Assembly: GCA_025201805.1 (NCBI GenBank)
Contig: MU619326.1
Span: 5,258-69,257, forward strand
Source: Parasitella parasitica NRRL 2501
Taxonomy: Eukaryota > Fungi > Mucoromycota
Length of the DNA stretch: 64,000 nucleotides
Direction of reading: 5' to 3'
Position 1 is the first letter of the stretch; each line of letters begins with the position of its first letter. Of this stretch, positions 1 through 13,677 are shown piece after piece. The notes under the pieces are model-generated. The model ran no database searches, was not told where the DNA came from, and worked only from the letters and a program-made list of their open reading frames with translations. The position numbers and the translations under genes are program-made.

Positions 1-464
1 GTTTTATTTGAATAATTTCTCATTCTGATAAATCAATCGGTTTGTGTATATGAAAATCTCTGTTCGTCGTCCTCTTGCTGTTCTCCGCCGTTTAATCCAG
101 GCTCTTGGATTAAGCAACTCTCGTGTCCTGGATATTCAATATCCAGTTCCAAATATTGTCTCCTTCCTCATCCACAATGAGTATGTGCTCACTTTCACCA
201 TGTTGTATCCATAGAATACCATGGTTACCACTATTTCAACTCAGTTGTCAAGGCAACCGTTCCTAATCGGATCTAATAAGGTTAAATGGCATCGATTATT
301 CTATTTAGTAAATAGAAGTATTCAATAGAATGTCTTGTATAAGAAACCATCTATTTGGGTTCTACTTATTCTAAATTGCGAAGCTCAACTTATCGATGAA
401 TGATTCACATTCATAACGATTAGCTGATTAAATATAGAAATAGGTCTTGCTCTGACTACTACTG

Positions 465-1380
465 TGTTATAATCTTGTTTGACAATTAAATGTCAAACAT
501 GACCTGATTGTATTTTATAGATTGATTTAGATAGATTTATTCTAATATAAATAGACAGCTTCTTGTCACTCAATAAATCAATAGTTTTTGTATCTGGTAA
601 ACTAAGTCTTTAATACATTCTTATATTTTTATATCACATACAATCACCTGCTGTGCTCATTTTCAAGACCTGGCATAAAAGTCTTGTTCGTTAGCGTCTT
701 GGCCGGTTCACAAACCGTAGAGAAGAGTGTCCCTGTGCAACAAGCGCTTTTATCTCTCGCGATCACTTTTTGACAGCAAAGAAGAGTTTTCTTTTCAGAT
801 CTCCTCATCGAATTCCCTTATTAAATATCCCTAGCAATCTTCTTATTTTTCTTCACCTTTCCCTTATAAAATCATAACCTCCTTGTTTGAAATAAACTTC
901 TGCATATCTTCTCTTAGTACTCTGTCCCTGAGTATCTAATAAGGCCGTAGATCCCTGATAAGCTGATTGTATTTTATAGATTAATTCAGATAGATTTATT
1001 CTAATATTCTAAACAGACAGCTTCTTGTCAATCAATAAATCAATAGCTTTGTATCTGGTAAATCAAGTCTTTATTACTTTCTTATATTTGTTGTGCCAGA
1101 AAGCCATGAGATTAAGCAGTTATTAGATTGGTAATTCTTTGTATACAATGACAAGGAATAAGCTATTAATGTACAGTAGAACATGTAATAAACTTGGTAT
1201 TACATACCAAGTTCAATGTTTAACCATGATGACAAATAGTGTTACAATAGATATAATCTAGTATAAAAAGATGGCATTTTCTTATCAATAAAGTCATTAG
1301 TTTTTTGTGTCTGATTTTATTTCTATAAAGTTATACATTTTTTTGAGCAGATCATATTTATATATCCTCTGCGCATAACA
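465..1380 (-). mobile_element. Probable LTR of an LTR retrotransposon (5' LTR of a minus-strand element), with an adjacent PBS-like site at ~449-461
   Basis: Segment bounded by inverted termini TGTTAT (465) and ATAACA (1380) and ending exactly at the gap. On the minus strand it is followed by CAG-TAGTAGTCAGAGC, close to the tRNA-iMet PBS TGGTAG-CAGAGC. Downstream sequence (1-440) is degenerate with no long ORF. Confidence 0.5.
504..1089 (+). repeat. Imperfect ~125 bp direct repeat (504-628 and 963-1089) inside the putative LTR
   Basis: CTGATTGTATTTTATAGATT..AGATAGATTTATTCTAATA..AGACAGCTTCTTGTCA.TCAATAAATCAATAG..TGTATCTGGTAAA..AAGTCTTTA..TTCTTATATTT occurs twice. Confidence 0.9.
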
Positions 1381-2285
1381 NNNNNNNNNNNNNNNNNNNN
1401 NNNNNNNNNNNNNNNNNNNNNNNNNNNNNNNNNNNNNNNNNNNNNNNNNNNNNNNNNNNNNNNNNNNNNNNNNNNNNNNNNNNNNNNNNNNNNNNNNNNN
1501 NNNNNNNNNNNNNNNNNNNNNNNNNNNNNNNNNNNNNNNNNNNNNNNNNNNNNNNNNNNNNNNNNNNNNNNNNNNNNNNNNNNNNNNNNNNNNNNNNNNN
1601 NNNNNNNNNNNNNNNNNNNNNNNNNNNNNNNNNNNNNNNNNNNNNNNNNNNNNNNNNNNNNNNNNNNNNNNNNNNNNNNNNNNNNNNNNNNNNNNNNNNN
1701 NNNNNNNNNNNNNNNNNNNNNNNNNNNNNNNNNNNNNNNNNNNNNNNNNNNNNNNNNNNNNNNNNNNNNNNNNNNNNNNNNNNNNNNNNNNNNNNNNNNN
1801 NNNNNNNNNNNNNNNNNNNNNNNNNNNNNNNNNNNNNNNNNNNNNNNNNNNNNNNNNNNNNNNNNNNNNNNNNNNNNNNNNNNNNNNNNNNNNNNNNNNN
1901 NNNNNNNNNNNNNNNNNNNNNNNNNNNNNNNNNNNNNNNNNNNNNNNNNNNNNNNNNNNNNNNNNNNNNNNNNNNNNNNNNNNNNNNNNNNNNNNNNNNN
2001 NNNNNNNNNNNNNNNNNNNNNNNNNNNNNNNNNNNNNNNNNNNNNNNNNNNNNNNNNNNNNNNNNNNNNNNNNNNNNNNNNNNNNNNNNNNNNNNNNNNN
2101 NNNNNNNNNNNNNNNNNNNNNNNNNNNNNNNNNNNNNNNNNNNNNNNNNNNNNNNNNNNNNNNNNNNNNNNNNNNNNNNNNNNNNNNNNNNNNNNNNNNN
2201 NNNNNNNNNNNNNNNNNNNNNNNNNNNNNNNNNNNNNNNNNNNNNNNNNNNNNNNNNNNNNNNNNNNNNNNNNNNNNNNNNNNNN
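1381..2285. other. Assembly gap (N run)
   Basis: 905 consecutive N. Confidence 0.99.
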
Positions 2286-3606
2286 TTGCGGAGGAGAGGG
2301 TCACAGAAGAAGAACTCATAGAGATTGTCCCATGAACTCAAGTAACGGGAACAACCTAGCTGAAGAGAGTACGTTTATACCATAGAATAGCGAGTATTTA
2401 ATAAACATATAATTTCACTGTTGATTAGTCATTGTCTGTTTATTTTGTGGAAGACAGGGCCATAGCCGAATTACTCACAGAGAGTGTGCGATGAACTCAA
2501 TAAATACCCCATTGATTGTCACTTGCCCTTTGTGTGGTAGAGAAGGACATATCAGATCCACTCATTGAAATTGTGGTAGGAACCCTAATAATTTGGATGC
2601 TTACCTCAATAATGCTACCAACTCAACGAATACGACTCCTGTCATATGTCGCCATTGTGGACGAGAAGGGCATTTGCGTACTACTCTCAAAAACTGTTCA
2701 AGAAACCCTACAAATTTGGAGACTAAAGCTTCCTGAGTATCTTGTTGAAGGGGCTATCTTAACTGCGAAGAACAAAGATGTCAAAGTCATCAGCAATCTG
2801 CTCTTACAATGTCTTCCAGGTCATACAATATCCTATGTTAGCCATGATCGCACTTTAGATGAAAAACGTCAGATATAGATGCCAGTGGAGATTTTGAATA
2901 CCATAGAGAATGGTTCGCTGCCACCCTATCAACTCGATCTGAAAATTGGCTCCCCAATAATGGTTACAGTCGAAACATTGATCCTGACGCTGTCATTTGC
3001 AATGGCACAAGATTGATTGTCAAGTCGCTGAAAACAAATGTTATTGAAGCTACCATAGCTACTGGCCCAAACAAAAATGATATAGCTCTAATTCCGAAAA
3101 TCAAGTTTATCAGCTTGGCCACTGAAGGGTTATGCCCAGTTGACTTTCGAAGGGTTCAATCTCCCATAAGATTAGCATTTGGCATGACCATTAACAAGGC
3201 ACAAGGCCAAACACTCAGCTCTGTAGGTTTATATTTGCCGTGCCATGTTTTTGGTCATGGTCAATTATATGTAGCTTTGTCTTGCGTTCGAAAACCCGGA
3301 TCATTGAAGTTGATGATTCCTTCCGAAATCTCAGAAATAGAAGATCAAGTTGGCAGATTCACCAACAATGTTGTCTTCCAAGAAGTTTTCCAGCAATCGT
3401 ATTAAAAAAAAAGGATCTGTAACATTTACTTCGCATGTAGAATGAGATTTCGTTTATTTTGTTTACCTAGCTTTGCAATAAATGGGATAGCCCGCTGCAG
3501 GCGTGAACTGTGCACCCCCCATTGGAACAAAGGTCGAAAAAAATTACCGTAGCAAAGCGAAGGTTGAAATTTTTTCACCGTAGTTCGGGGGGTGGAGACA
3601 GCTCGT
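2286..3606 (+). mobile_element. Defective Helitron: tandem zinc knuckles joined to a PIF1-like helicase C-terminal fragment
   Basis: Helicase motifs AILTAKN, LPPYQLDLKIGSPIM, RNID..CNGTRL, PIRLAFGMTINKAQGQTL, VFGHGQLYVALS; in-frame stop at 2876 and a frameshift near 2970. Upstream CxxC-G-xxGH-x6-C repeats. GC-rich subterminal region ends CAGCTCG|T, a variant of the Helitron CTAG|T terminus. Confidence 0.85.
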
Positions 3607-5436
3607 AAAAATTATAAAATGATTTTGAAGATAACTTTCGATAGACGCGCCGCCCAAGGCAATCGAAGTAACTATTAGACGGCCCTGATTATGGCGGTCC
3701 AAATTTAGACAGGCTTCATTTTTCTCTGTATTAATATATGCCTTTATAAGAAAATTTTGTATGAAAGATTAAGATCATTTTCTTTTTTTTTGGTAATGTT
3801 ATGCTATTGGTAATGTTATAAACCTGTCAAACTGAACAACTACACAATTGCAAATGCAATGATAGACTTATGTACATATTATTATTCCAACCGCATATGT
3901 TGTTGAACACTTGAGTTACATATTTACAAAAATCCTTATTGCAGATAAGATGCATAGCAATTTATATTGCATATGCGTGCCCAGTTCGACTTATATTTGC
4001 TAGACTTATGATCTAGTTTTTTTTTTATAAGGACTAGCTAATTGATAAACTATTATAAATAGCCATTAGTTTTTGTTAATTCAGAGAGATCCTATGTCAG
4101 TTTTCTCATCTGTTTCCTGATTATATATTCTTTTTGAAATAAAGACGATCACTTCTGTAACTAATCTTGCTGTTGTTTCTTCTGTGCATTTCGACTATTA
4201 TATAATACAGATCCCTGATAGCAGATATACTATTTTATGATCTAATATATTATTCTTTATTATAAGTATTATATTGACAGTCGGTTTAGAATCGATACAT
4301 TGACCTATTTTCAATGATTATAAACGACACCTTCATTATTTTTTTTTAAGTAAATAATACAACAATAATAAAGCAGAACTAACATAAACCATGGAGGAAT
4401 GGATTTAACGAATGCTTTGGTTGGTTTTTTCAATGCCATTCCAATCTATTGGTTTTTGAGAAGCCGGCATTAAGCCAAGCACATCTTATTTTCAGTAACT
4501 AGTTAAAAATACGTGAACGCTTCAGAAAATAATAAGTAAAATATGCGCGTGTGAAACAAAGCATGAACTAAATGGTCATGTATTTTTATTAAAGATAAGA
4601 GCTCTCTAAGCAAAGTAAATAATATTGAAAGTCGGGCGAAGAAGCTTGAATCTCTTGAAATTGAAAATGGCATAACTAAAAAAGGCAACTCTTTATGCTG
4701 TAAATTTGGTTCTGAATAATAATATGTTTTATAAGAATATGTCAACAATATTTTCAACATTTTAAATAACTACAACTAACAGCTTCTCAAAAGATATTGA
4801 TGCATTGACAGTGAAGGTCGAGAGTGGTTAGACAGCCATTGCTTCATGATCAGTCAGTGATAATAGCAAAATAGAAGAAGCATTGTTGATCAAAACCCTG
4901 AAAATAGCGAGCCTGTTACTGTTCCTTCCGCTCAAGCCTGCCCCGATGATGCTGAGAGAAATTCATTGAAAAAGCTTGCCAAGAAGGATTTATTAGGATT
5001 ATGGCAGTGACAATTCCTTTCGTTTCAAACCTAAACAAGTAAAACTGCCGCTGTTTTGTTCAAAAGATGTCTTATTACGGAGCTGTTGATTTTTTGTCGA
5101 CAAGCTTGCGCATGAAAGAAATGTCAATAGCTCAAAGAATGACGAAGCAAGACAAAAATGCTTTGAAGATATGCCGATTATCTTTGCCAGCTTTAACAGT
5201 TTCGTTCTTCCTTCTTATATGTTCCTCCCGAATTATTGGTTATACTGTTGTAAACGATAGCAAGAAATATAGGGTATATTGTCGAGCTAATTTCAGAAGA
5301 TCGATGTACAATAAAACCTCGCTAGCTATATTACATGAGGTATATTTCGAGTCGTTTTTAATTCCAGTCTTTAAAATGTGTACCTTTTAAGTTTTTTTAT
5401 TTTTTTATTTTTTCATAAAAACAAATTCAAAGAAAA

Positions 5437-6680
5437 ATGCTTAGATCAGTGCAATCTTTAAGACCTCGTGTCTATTCAAGCATTTGCCTAGTTAATGCAG
5501 TTTATTTTCATAGCTCTGCTTTTGTTAGTGCAGGTAAAAAGGTAGTCGCGACAAGAAAATTGCTGAAGCAAAGTCAAGAAAGGCTCGAACAACAAGGATT
5601 TGAATTAATTCAATGGCCCAAAGATTCTTCTATGCCTCGTGAAACTCTTTTAAAGGATATCAAAGGAGCCGAGGGGTTAATCTGTATGCTTTCAGACAAA
5701 ATCGACAAACAAGTTTTTGATTCAGCAGGTAATTGGGATTGAGGAGAAAATATCATCTTTCCAACTGTGCGGCTATATTTAGGCCCTCAGCTCAAAGTTG
5801 TCTCTACTTTAAGTGTTGGTTATGATCATATTGATCTACATACAGCTAAAGTGAACGGTGTCAAGATTGGCTATACCCCTGATGTGTTGACTGACGCAAC
5901 TGCAGATCTTACTGTTTTGTTGACTTTAGCTGCTGCTAGACAGATGAAATCTGGCGTCCGAGCTGCTGAATCAGGAGAGGTATGTGTTATCATGAGAAAA
6001 TGCAGATTTCTTAAATTTTACTTAAAAAAGTGCTCCGTGTCATGTAGTGGAGAGAATGGAGACCCGATTGGTTGTGCGGATATCAATTCAAAGGCAAAAC
6101 CTTAGGTGTAGTAGGAATGGGTCGCATTGGTCAAGCTGTGGCATCCCGATTAAAGGCATTTGGCATTGATCGTGTTGTTTACTGGGGAAGAAGTGAAAAA
6201 CCTGAATTAAAGGAATCCTTGAATGCTGATTTTGTTTCATTTGATGAACTGACGTCCACGTCTGACTTTATTGTCGCTTGCTGTGCATTGACCCCAGAAA
6301 CCAAAAACGTTTTCAACTACGACGCATTCAAGAATATGAAAAAAAACACAGTGAGGATACATATGTGGGCATTTAAATTTTTATTGACGTTTGTTATTGA
6401 TTCATAGATCTTTGTCAACACTGCAAGAGGTGGTGTGGTAGATCAAGATGGCTTAGTGAAAGCACTGAAAGAGAACTTGATTGCTGGTGCTGGTCTTGAC
6501 GTTACAAATCCAGAACCGTTGCCAATAGATCATCCGCTTTTTAAATTAGATAATTGTGTTATTCTTCCTCATATCGGTAGTGCTACTATTGAGGCTCGTG
6601 AGACAATGGGCGATATGTGCATTGACAATATCGTAGCAGCTTTAAGAAATGATTCGATTCCATTTGGGTTAAAATATTAA
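5437..6680 (+). CDS. Glyoxylate/hydroxypyruvate reductase (D-2-hydroxyacid dehydrogenase family), 4 exons, likely mitochondrial presequence
   Basis: SVGYDHID, GYTPDVLTDATAD, Rossmann GVVGMGRIG, FVNTARG, AGLDVTNPEP, LPHIGSAT. Introns ~5729-5782, 5980-6047, ~6351-6407. Arg/Ser-rich N-terminus without acidic residues. Confidence 0.93.
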
Positions 6681-7924
6681 TACGAATGTATAGTTGGATA
6701 CGTTATAGACAAAATAAATCTTCAATAATCTAGTTGATACTGTACAACCATCAAAGAGACGATGGATTATTTAATGACCATAAGGAAGATAACTCGCACT
6801 ACTAGCAGTAATGAATGAGTACAGTTCATTATAAGACATGGCAAGCTATTTATTACCCACCAAACAAATTACCACTTACTTATTTTGATATTTGTAGGAA
6901 AAATGCCCTCATTGACACGCAAAGCAAGTTATGAAAATCATGTTGCCAAGTTCAAAGATTATGTTGGATTGTTTCTTCAAGCCAACAATCAACGAAAAAA
7001 GACAGATTCAGTGATTTTCAGGCACTAATTCTGCGTTATCATAGCTACATATTTGAGTCTGTATAAAGAGATGGTATCCCCAAGACTACAGAAAATTTTA
7101 AATGCTGGCGCACTCTACATGATGCATATTTGCCACAATAGAAAGAAGACAATTTAATCCAAATATAAAGCATAATAAGCTTATTGATTCAGATCCATTA
7201 TTTTTTACGCTATGCCAAAGGCAAATAAACATTGAGTTTTTGTAAGGCTAAAGTATTGCCAGTTTCCCATATCAGCGGGGGTATTAAAAACGAAATCATG
7301 CAGCAGAAATTTCTCCACCATTTTCTTATAATGTCGCACTTCGAAGCAGAGAAAACAATTAGCATCTTAGATATGAAATGTGCGTGGAGGTTGTTGGGAT
7401 AAAAGCAAATACATGTATCATTGATGTTTAGAAGGCACTACGCTGCAAACAATCACGGAAATAATAGCAAGAGGAGGACTCTGACGGGGCTTAAGCAGAA
7501 ATAGTTGGACATTAGCTAAAAAGATACTGCCCCTCATAAAAGACGGCGTATTGGCTTGAGCCGCAGTATCCACAATCAGTACCCAAGCCATGCTATTTAT
7601 TTATTTCCTCAATATACAATAGATTTGTATTTAAAAACTCTATACAGACAAATATAGATATTTTGGTTCAAGAAGTGAGCCGATGTATGTAAATTAATCA
7701 TGAAATTATACAACTTTCTCAATTGCAAAAAAGGTGACACCAAGACCACCATGTATCTGCAATCCGACTGAGTTAAATTCATGAGCAATTTCGAAAAAAA
7801 AAAAGAGGGGCAGCAATCTATATAATTAATTTATTTAGGAGATAGAGGGAGAAACTTAAGGATCACTGTTCTTTCTTTATTTTTTTTTCTTTCATTACCT
7901 TTTTTTTTTTCTCTCTTTCTAATC

Positions 7925-10809
7925 ATGACTTTCTCAAAAATGGAAGCAGCCATGGAGGATGCTTTTGTAGAATGGGTAAACAGTAAATTACGCTTTTGTC
8001 ACCAACAAAAAAAAAAACTAAAAACAAATGTTTTAGATTAATACTTTTGATGTGAAATCGTATTCCATTGATACTGTAGTTGAATTAGCAGATGGCGTTG
8101 TTCTTTCAGAAATTTTAACTGATATGTAAAGTTATCAAGCGGTAACCATGTTTATGTGTGTATTTACTCATTTCTCTCGAACGTAGTGATCCAAAGTGGT
8201 TCAAACAAATCAAACAAACAGAAACGGCCAGCAATTGGGTTGTCCGATTCAACAATCAAAAGAAACTCCACAAATTAATAACACGTTACTTTGAGGATAT
8301 CGTGGGGCAGGACCCTGAACTTCTTCCTACAGTCAATTTAACCGCTATTGCGAAAGATGCTGATTTACATGAATTGTTACTCATGTGCCAGCTGGTAATT
8401 GCTATCGCTGTCCAATCAGATAACAATAAGGTTTATATTGAAATGATACAAAGCCTGTCGCAGAAGAGTCAACACGCGCTTATGGTTTCGATTGAAGAAG
8501 TAATGAATCATTTCAATACAGAGCCAGATTATGCATCCAACAATCCTCGACTCTCTTATCTATCGGGTAATTCTGGTGGCTCAGGAACTAAGAACTTTTA
8601 CCTAGAAGATATGCCATACAGATATCAGCTTGAATTCGAGAAAGTGTTGCTAGAAAAGAAGCAATTTGAAACATCTCATAGTCAGTTATTGGGTGAATAT
8701 GATCAATTACGAGAAAGATTCGTAAGTGGCATGTAACTAAGCGCTATACATGACTCATTTCATTGTCGCAGGAGGATTTGCTGAGTGAAAAAGAAGATTT
8801 AAAGATTCGGCTGCAGGACATGGACGAGGCAATTACCCAGGCAAACAAGACGGGAAAAGCCGATAATGTGATGAAGACTGAAATTGATCATCTCAAGCAG
8901 GATTTGTAAGTAGTGTTTGTTGGATTTTCCTCTTTAACCAAACTCATATGACTGATTTTCGTAGGGAGCGCAGTGAAGATCGACGTCAGGAAACAGAAAT
9001 GATGATGGAAACTCATTTACAGTCGATTAATGAACTTAAAAAAAAAGTCGAGGAATTAACTGCTCAAGCAGAAGAAGCATCCACATTAAGATATCAGTTG
9101 GAAGAGTACAAACAAGCTGTCGAGAAAATGCAAAAGATGGAAATCACACTTGAAAAATATAAAAGAAAAGTTGAAGATACATCAGATTTGAAGAGACAAA
9201 TAAAGGCTCTGGAAGACCAAAATTCGAGCTTGCTGGAGCGTAGTCATCAAGTAGAAGACGAATATAGAAAAGTTTTGGCTTTCAAAACTTTAATGGATTC
9301 GTACAAGGAACAAGTGCAGCAGTTGGAACTCGGAAATCGAGAGATATTAAAAGAAAAAACACTATTGGAGGAAGAAATGAGAAACATGGCAGATACATGT
9401 GCATACTTGGAGAACGATCGTGATCGAAATATGGAGCAGGTTCAGCTTCTAGAAGAACACATTAAAGAATTGGAGTTTGGTGGCGGCCAAACACTCGATA
9501 AAGTGCTTGGTCATAGAGCAAGTGTTGCTATTGAAGAAGAAAGTTTACAAGAAGACGAAAGCACAATGGAAGAAAACATGAAAAAGGCCAATGTAACAGA
9601 GTTGTAAGTGCATAAGCAGCCATACGCCAAGCTATCTCATATTCATTCTCTATGTAGGCGTTTGACAATCGGACGATTACAGAAGAAAATCAAAAATTTA
9701 GAGGTGAAATTACCTGCTGGCAGCAGTTTGGCTGATGAAACAGAGAATTTGAAGGTGAACAGAGACGAGCTTCAGCAGGTACAGTAGTTCTGCCAAATAC
9801 AAAATTTAAAGCTGACTTTTTTGTTCTGGTTCAAGAATTACGACTCGATTGTTGTAGAAAGAGATAGATTACGCGATGAATTATCTCAAATTCGAAATGG
9901 CATTCCAGATTCATTGCTCAATCAGACACAAACCATCATGGCATTCCGATCCCGTATATTAGATCTTGAAAAGGAATCCAGTAATTTAAAAGAAAACACT
10001 ATACAACTCGAAACAACTGTGTTGGACGGTACCCGCAGCGTTGCAAAAGATAAAATTAGTCTTCAAAACTTTGAGAAGGAACATTCCAAAATTCAGGATA
10101 GAGTTAACAGGTTGGAGGATATCACCAAAATGCAACTACATGATATCAATCGCATGTTGGTTGAAGCCAACTATTTAAATGGCATCAACAACAACGGCAA
10201 TGATACGAGACCAGGTTTAAGCGAGTAAGCGTATACCCCAATTTCTTGCCTGCAGACGATAACTAATGTTTGAATAGCGGGGATCTTGAAGTGATTAAAG
10301 AGCAGAATGCAAGCTTACAAATTCATGTGCTTCATTTACAAGAAGAGATTAACGAAACTCAAGGACGAATCCGCAAAGTACGCGATGTAAGTTCATATTT
10401 GCTCGAGAATTATACTATATGGCGTTAAACAGCTATTTCAATTAGATGATTAAGCTTTACAATCAATTGCTACAAGAAATGACAGCAAGATTCTCCAATG
10501 TCCGTAAATCCGACGAGGGTTTGATAGGTAGAGGCCCAAGAACAAAAGAAGAAGAGCAAGACTTACTAAAGGTAAGCCCAAGCATAAAGGACTTCCATAA
10601 CCTTGACATTTACATCGCTACAATAGAAACAAATTCAAGATGTTCGCCAGCAATCCAAGATTGAGCAGCAATTAATCATCTCAGCTTGGTACGATCTTGC
10701 GAGACGAAGCGACCGAACATCTAGCCTAGTCTTAGGTTCTATGCCTTCGACTTGGTTGGGCAGACAGAGAAAAGCATTGGATATACATTTGAGGCAAAGA
10801 TTATGCTAG
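7925..10809 (+). CDS. HOOK-family dynein/microtubule cargo adaptor (Hook domain plus coiled coil), multi-exon
   Basis: N-terminal AFVEWINTF..ELADGVVLSEIL..DPKWF..NWVVRFNN Hook domain, long coiled coil, and C-terminal EQQLIISAWYDL..STWLGRQR signature. Confidence 0.88.
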
Positions 10810-10999
10810 ATTTTTGTTGATATTAAAACCATGAATTGATACCTTTTTACATACATAAATTAATACTGTAATGACGTGTCCTCATCCTCAAATGTGTATA
10901 AATCATTCTGTAATGGAGGGAAGCACTGTTTGTTAGAATGGTCCCACTCTGTGAAATTATGATGTAGCTGTGATGCGGTATATGGCAGGGCTTTAATTT

Positions 11000-12900
11000 T
11001 TACAGAATGTTGTTAATACCTCTTTGATCAAAAATCCATGGCATTGCACTTCATGGTTTTTTTTAGGCAGCCGAAGTAAGTTTGATAACGTGCTTTACCA
11101 AAAAGTGCTAGAAGTTAAAGTCGTGACAAGTATACCAGAATAACATAGAAAGGATCCAAAAAGATTCGAGTTCAACCTTAAAGATAATTACGATTTAGTC
11201 ATGATAATATATGTGGCCCTAATTGTATGTCTGTTAATCGCATTGCATGCAACCTTCGAGCTTTCCATCCTGATAATTTGGGCAATTTCCTTGACTTCGT
11301 TTTTAGGTTGAGAACAACCAAAGATAGACAAGATTTTATGGATGTGGGAAGAGAGATATCGCAGAAATTTAATCTTCGTAAATGGCTAAAATAGTAGCTT
11401 CAGCCAAGTGTCTGTTTGATGATCTTTGCTTGCAAACCTTTGATAAAAGTGGATTTGTTTCATCATCACTTCCTTGTATAGCTTGTCCCGAAACGCCAGC
11501 CAGTTACTAATAGTGTTCTTCTCTTGTTACAGGTATCCAAAGTGCACGGAAACGTAATTTTTGATTATTTCCAGACTCACGTAATACGCTATGGAGCAAA
11601 ACCAAAAATCGAAGCCTCTTTTCCAGCAGCCAAAAAGCTTTTATGAAACGCTTGATGGGCGAGCCCCCGACGACAACTAAGCTTTGTACGGCATCAAGAA
11701 GAGGAAGACCACTGTAGTCATTGTTGAATTCAAGAAAAGGAGAAAGTCGGACGAGTCATTGGATACTATCATTGATGAGCTTCGGAAAGTGTGGGCAAGG
11801 AATTTCGTATTCCCACAGAAAAATGTAGCCATACTTTGGCGCTAGAAAACGTCGAGGAAAGAAAATTATTCGACGAGCAATGATGTTATCGATATTTATA
11901 AAACAGAACCTTCCATTAATATGGAATTATTAGACAAAGACATTGTGGGTGAAACATTTGGAGATAAAGAAGGAAAGCGTATAAATGTTGCTTTTGTTCC
12001 GTTATACTTTGCATTTTGGCAAATAAGTCTCGTTGGAACAAATGAACACAACTTCCAAAGCATTTTACTAGCAAAAGATAGAGCTCCCTTACCAACGGTG
12101 ATTGACCTCGTGTCTTCTTCGTCTTCAACTGATCATGAAGCTTTGACCTTGCTTTTGCTTCTAAACCTGAATTGCCTTCCTCCTCCTCATCAGATAAGCT
12201 TGAAGATCCATCTCCCGCCGATATTTTTACTTCTAGCCTCTTGATTCCTGCGAAGAGACCATTTCTGCAGAAAGAGTATAAACATGTTGTATATCAATAT
12301 GCAGATGTGTATTATCAAACTGAAAATAAATTGAATTTTACTGGTATATCATTCCCGTCTCTAGCAATGCTTGCTATATTGAAGCTCCTTTTGAGCTCTT
12401 GTTCACTGCTATTTTACCGCATATTGACATGTCTGTTGTCAATAGAAACAACACATACGATAAATGCATCAAGGATGCATTTGATTTGTATCAAATTGAA
12501 ACAAAACCTGGTACAAATGGTGCAGTTGGGCTAGTGAAAAAATTTCTTTGGAATATAGAATCCTCGGTGAAGATTAAAAGCTCGAAAAGTTGTTCAAAAA
12601 AGGAGAACAGAACGATGCTTTTGAGCTGCTATCTAATTTCCTGAATGGTCTCTGCAGTTTGGTTCAAGTATCTGTTCCTTTCCTAATAGCCTGATTTATC
12701 GAGAGTATCTTTACTCAGATAATACATCTTTGTTAGATTATTCCAATTTAGAGTTTGAGCGCAACGATCAATCCATATCACCTCGTCAAAAACAAGATTT
12801 TACGCGATCTATTGCCCAGAATTATGGTAATCACACTGGATGTTTTAGAAGCAAAAAGTTCTCAAGTGTTTCAAAAATACAGTGATTTCCTGTTAAGAAA
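11000..12900 (+). pseudogene. Degenerate coding-like region, family uncertain
   Basis: Overlapping short ORF fragments in shifting frames (11921-12644). KQDF..LEAKSS..SDF pieces near 12790-12890 weakly resemble PD-(D/E)XK-type repetitive fungal genes. Confidence 0.25.
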
Positions 12901-13677
12901 CCTTTGATTTTAATACCTTTGAATAAATGTATGTTCAACACTGTTAAACGTCATAATCAATGCTAAGTTTTCATTGACTCCTAGGGACACTTACCCTCGG
13001 GAACACTCCCTCCACGGATTATATATTAACCATTGCTACCCTCGACGATTATATCTTTTTCATCCCACACCGTGTACATGTAACATATAAATGACAGCAA
13101 ACTTTAATCTGCACACCGTTCGTTCATATTAACCATATCTTGTATGTACATAGAAGCTTATTCTTTAAAATATTAGTAAATTTTAGCCAAACTACATGAT
13201 AGCAGCGTAACAAGTCTGAACACCAAGCGGTTTTATTATGAAAAATCATGAATAATAGTCTTTCACTAAAGCTATAGTTACAAGTAGTAATCTGTAAAAG
13301 CTTGGCGAAATCTAATTGAGGATTTTCTATATACGTATTTAGCAATTCTGCAGTGCCCTTGATTAATATGTAGATATAATATTTGCTTATATCATTTTCT
13401 GGGCTCAAACTATGCGAGATGTCAATAACACCTGGCATATAAACTGATGGTTGCATGACTAAATTCTTTAAAATCAGGATTTTCAATTACGGAGATAAAA
13501 AAAAAACAATTGCAGTAATCTGGTATCACTGTAACATGCTTGCAAGTACTCGGTATCGGTCCGTGCGCCCACCTTTACGTGCGGCTATTCAACCATGATG
13601 TGCTTATAAATTAGCATTAGTTCCATCCCAACAAAATACGACTCACTTTGCCTTTTACTGTTTTTATTCCATACAAC

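Noticed and set aside
1297-2341. Two 300+ aa minus-strand ORFs in the track
   Set aside because: Artefacts of reading through the N gap.
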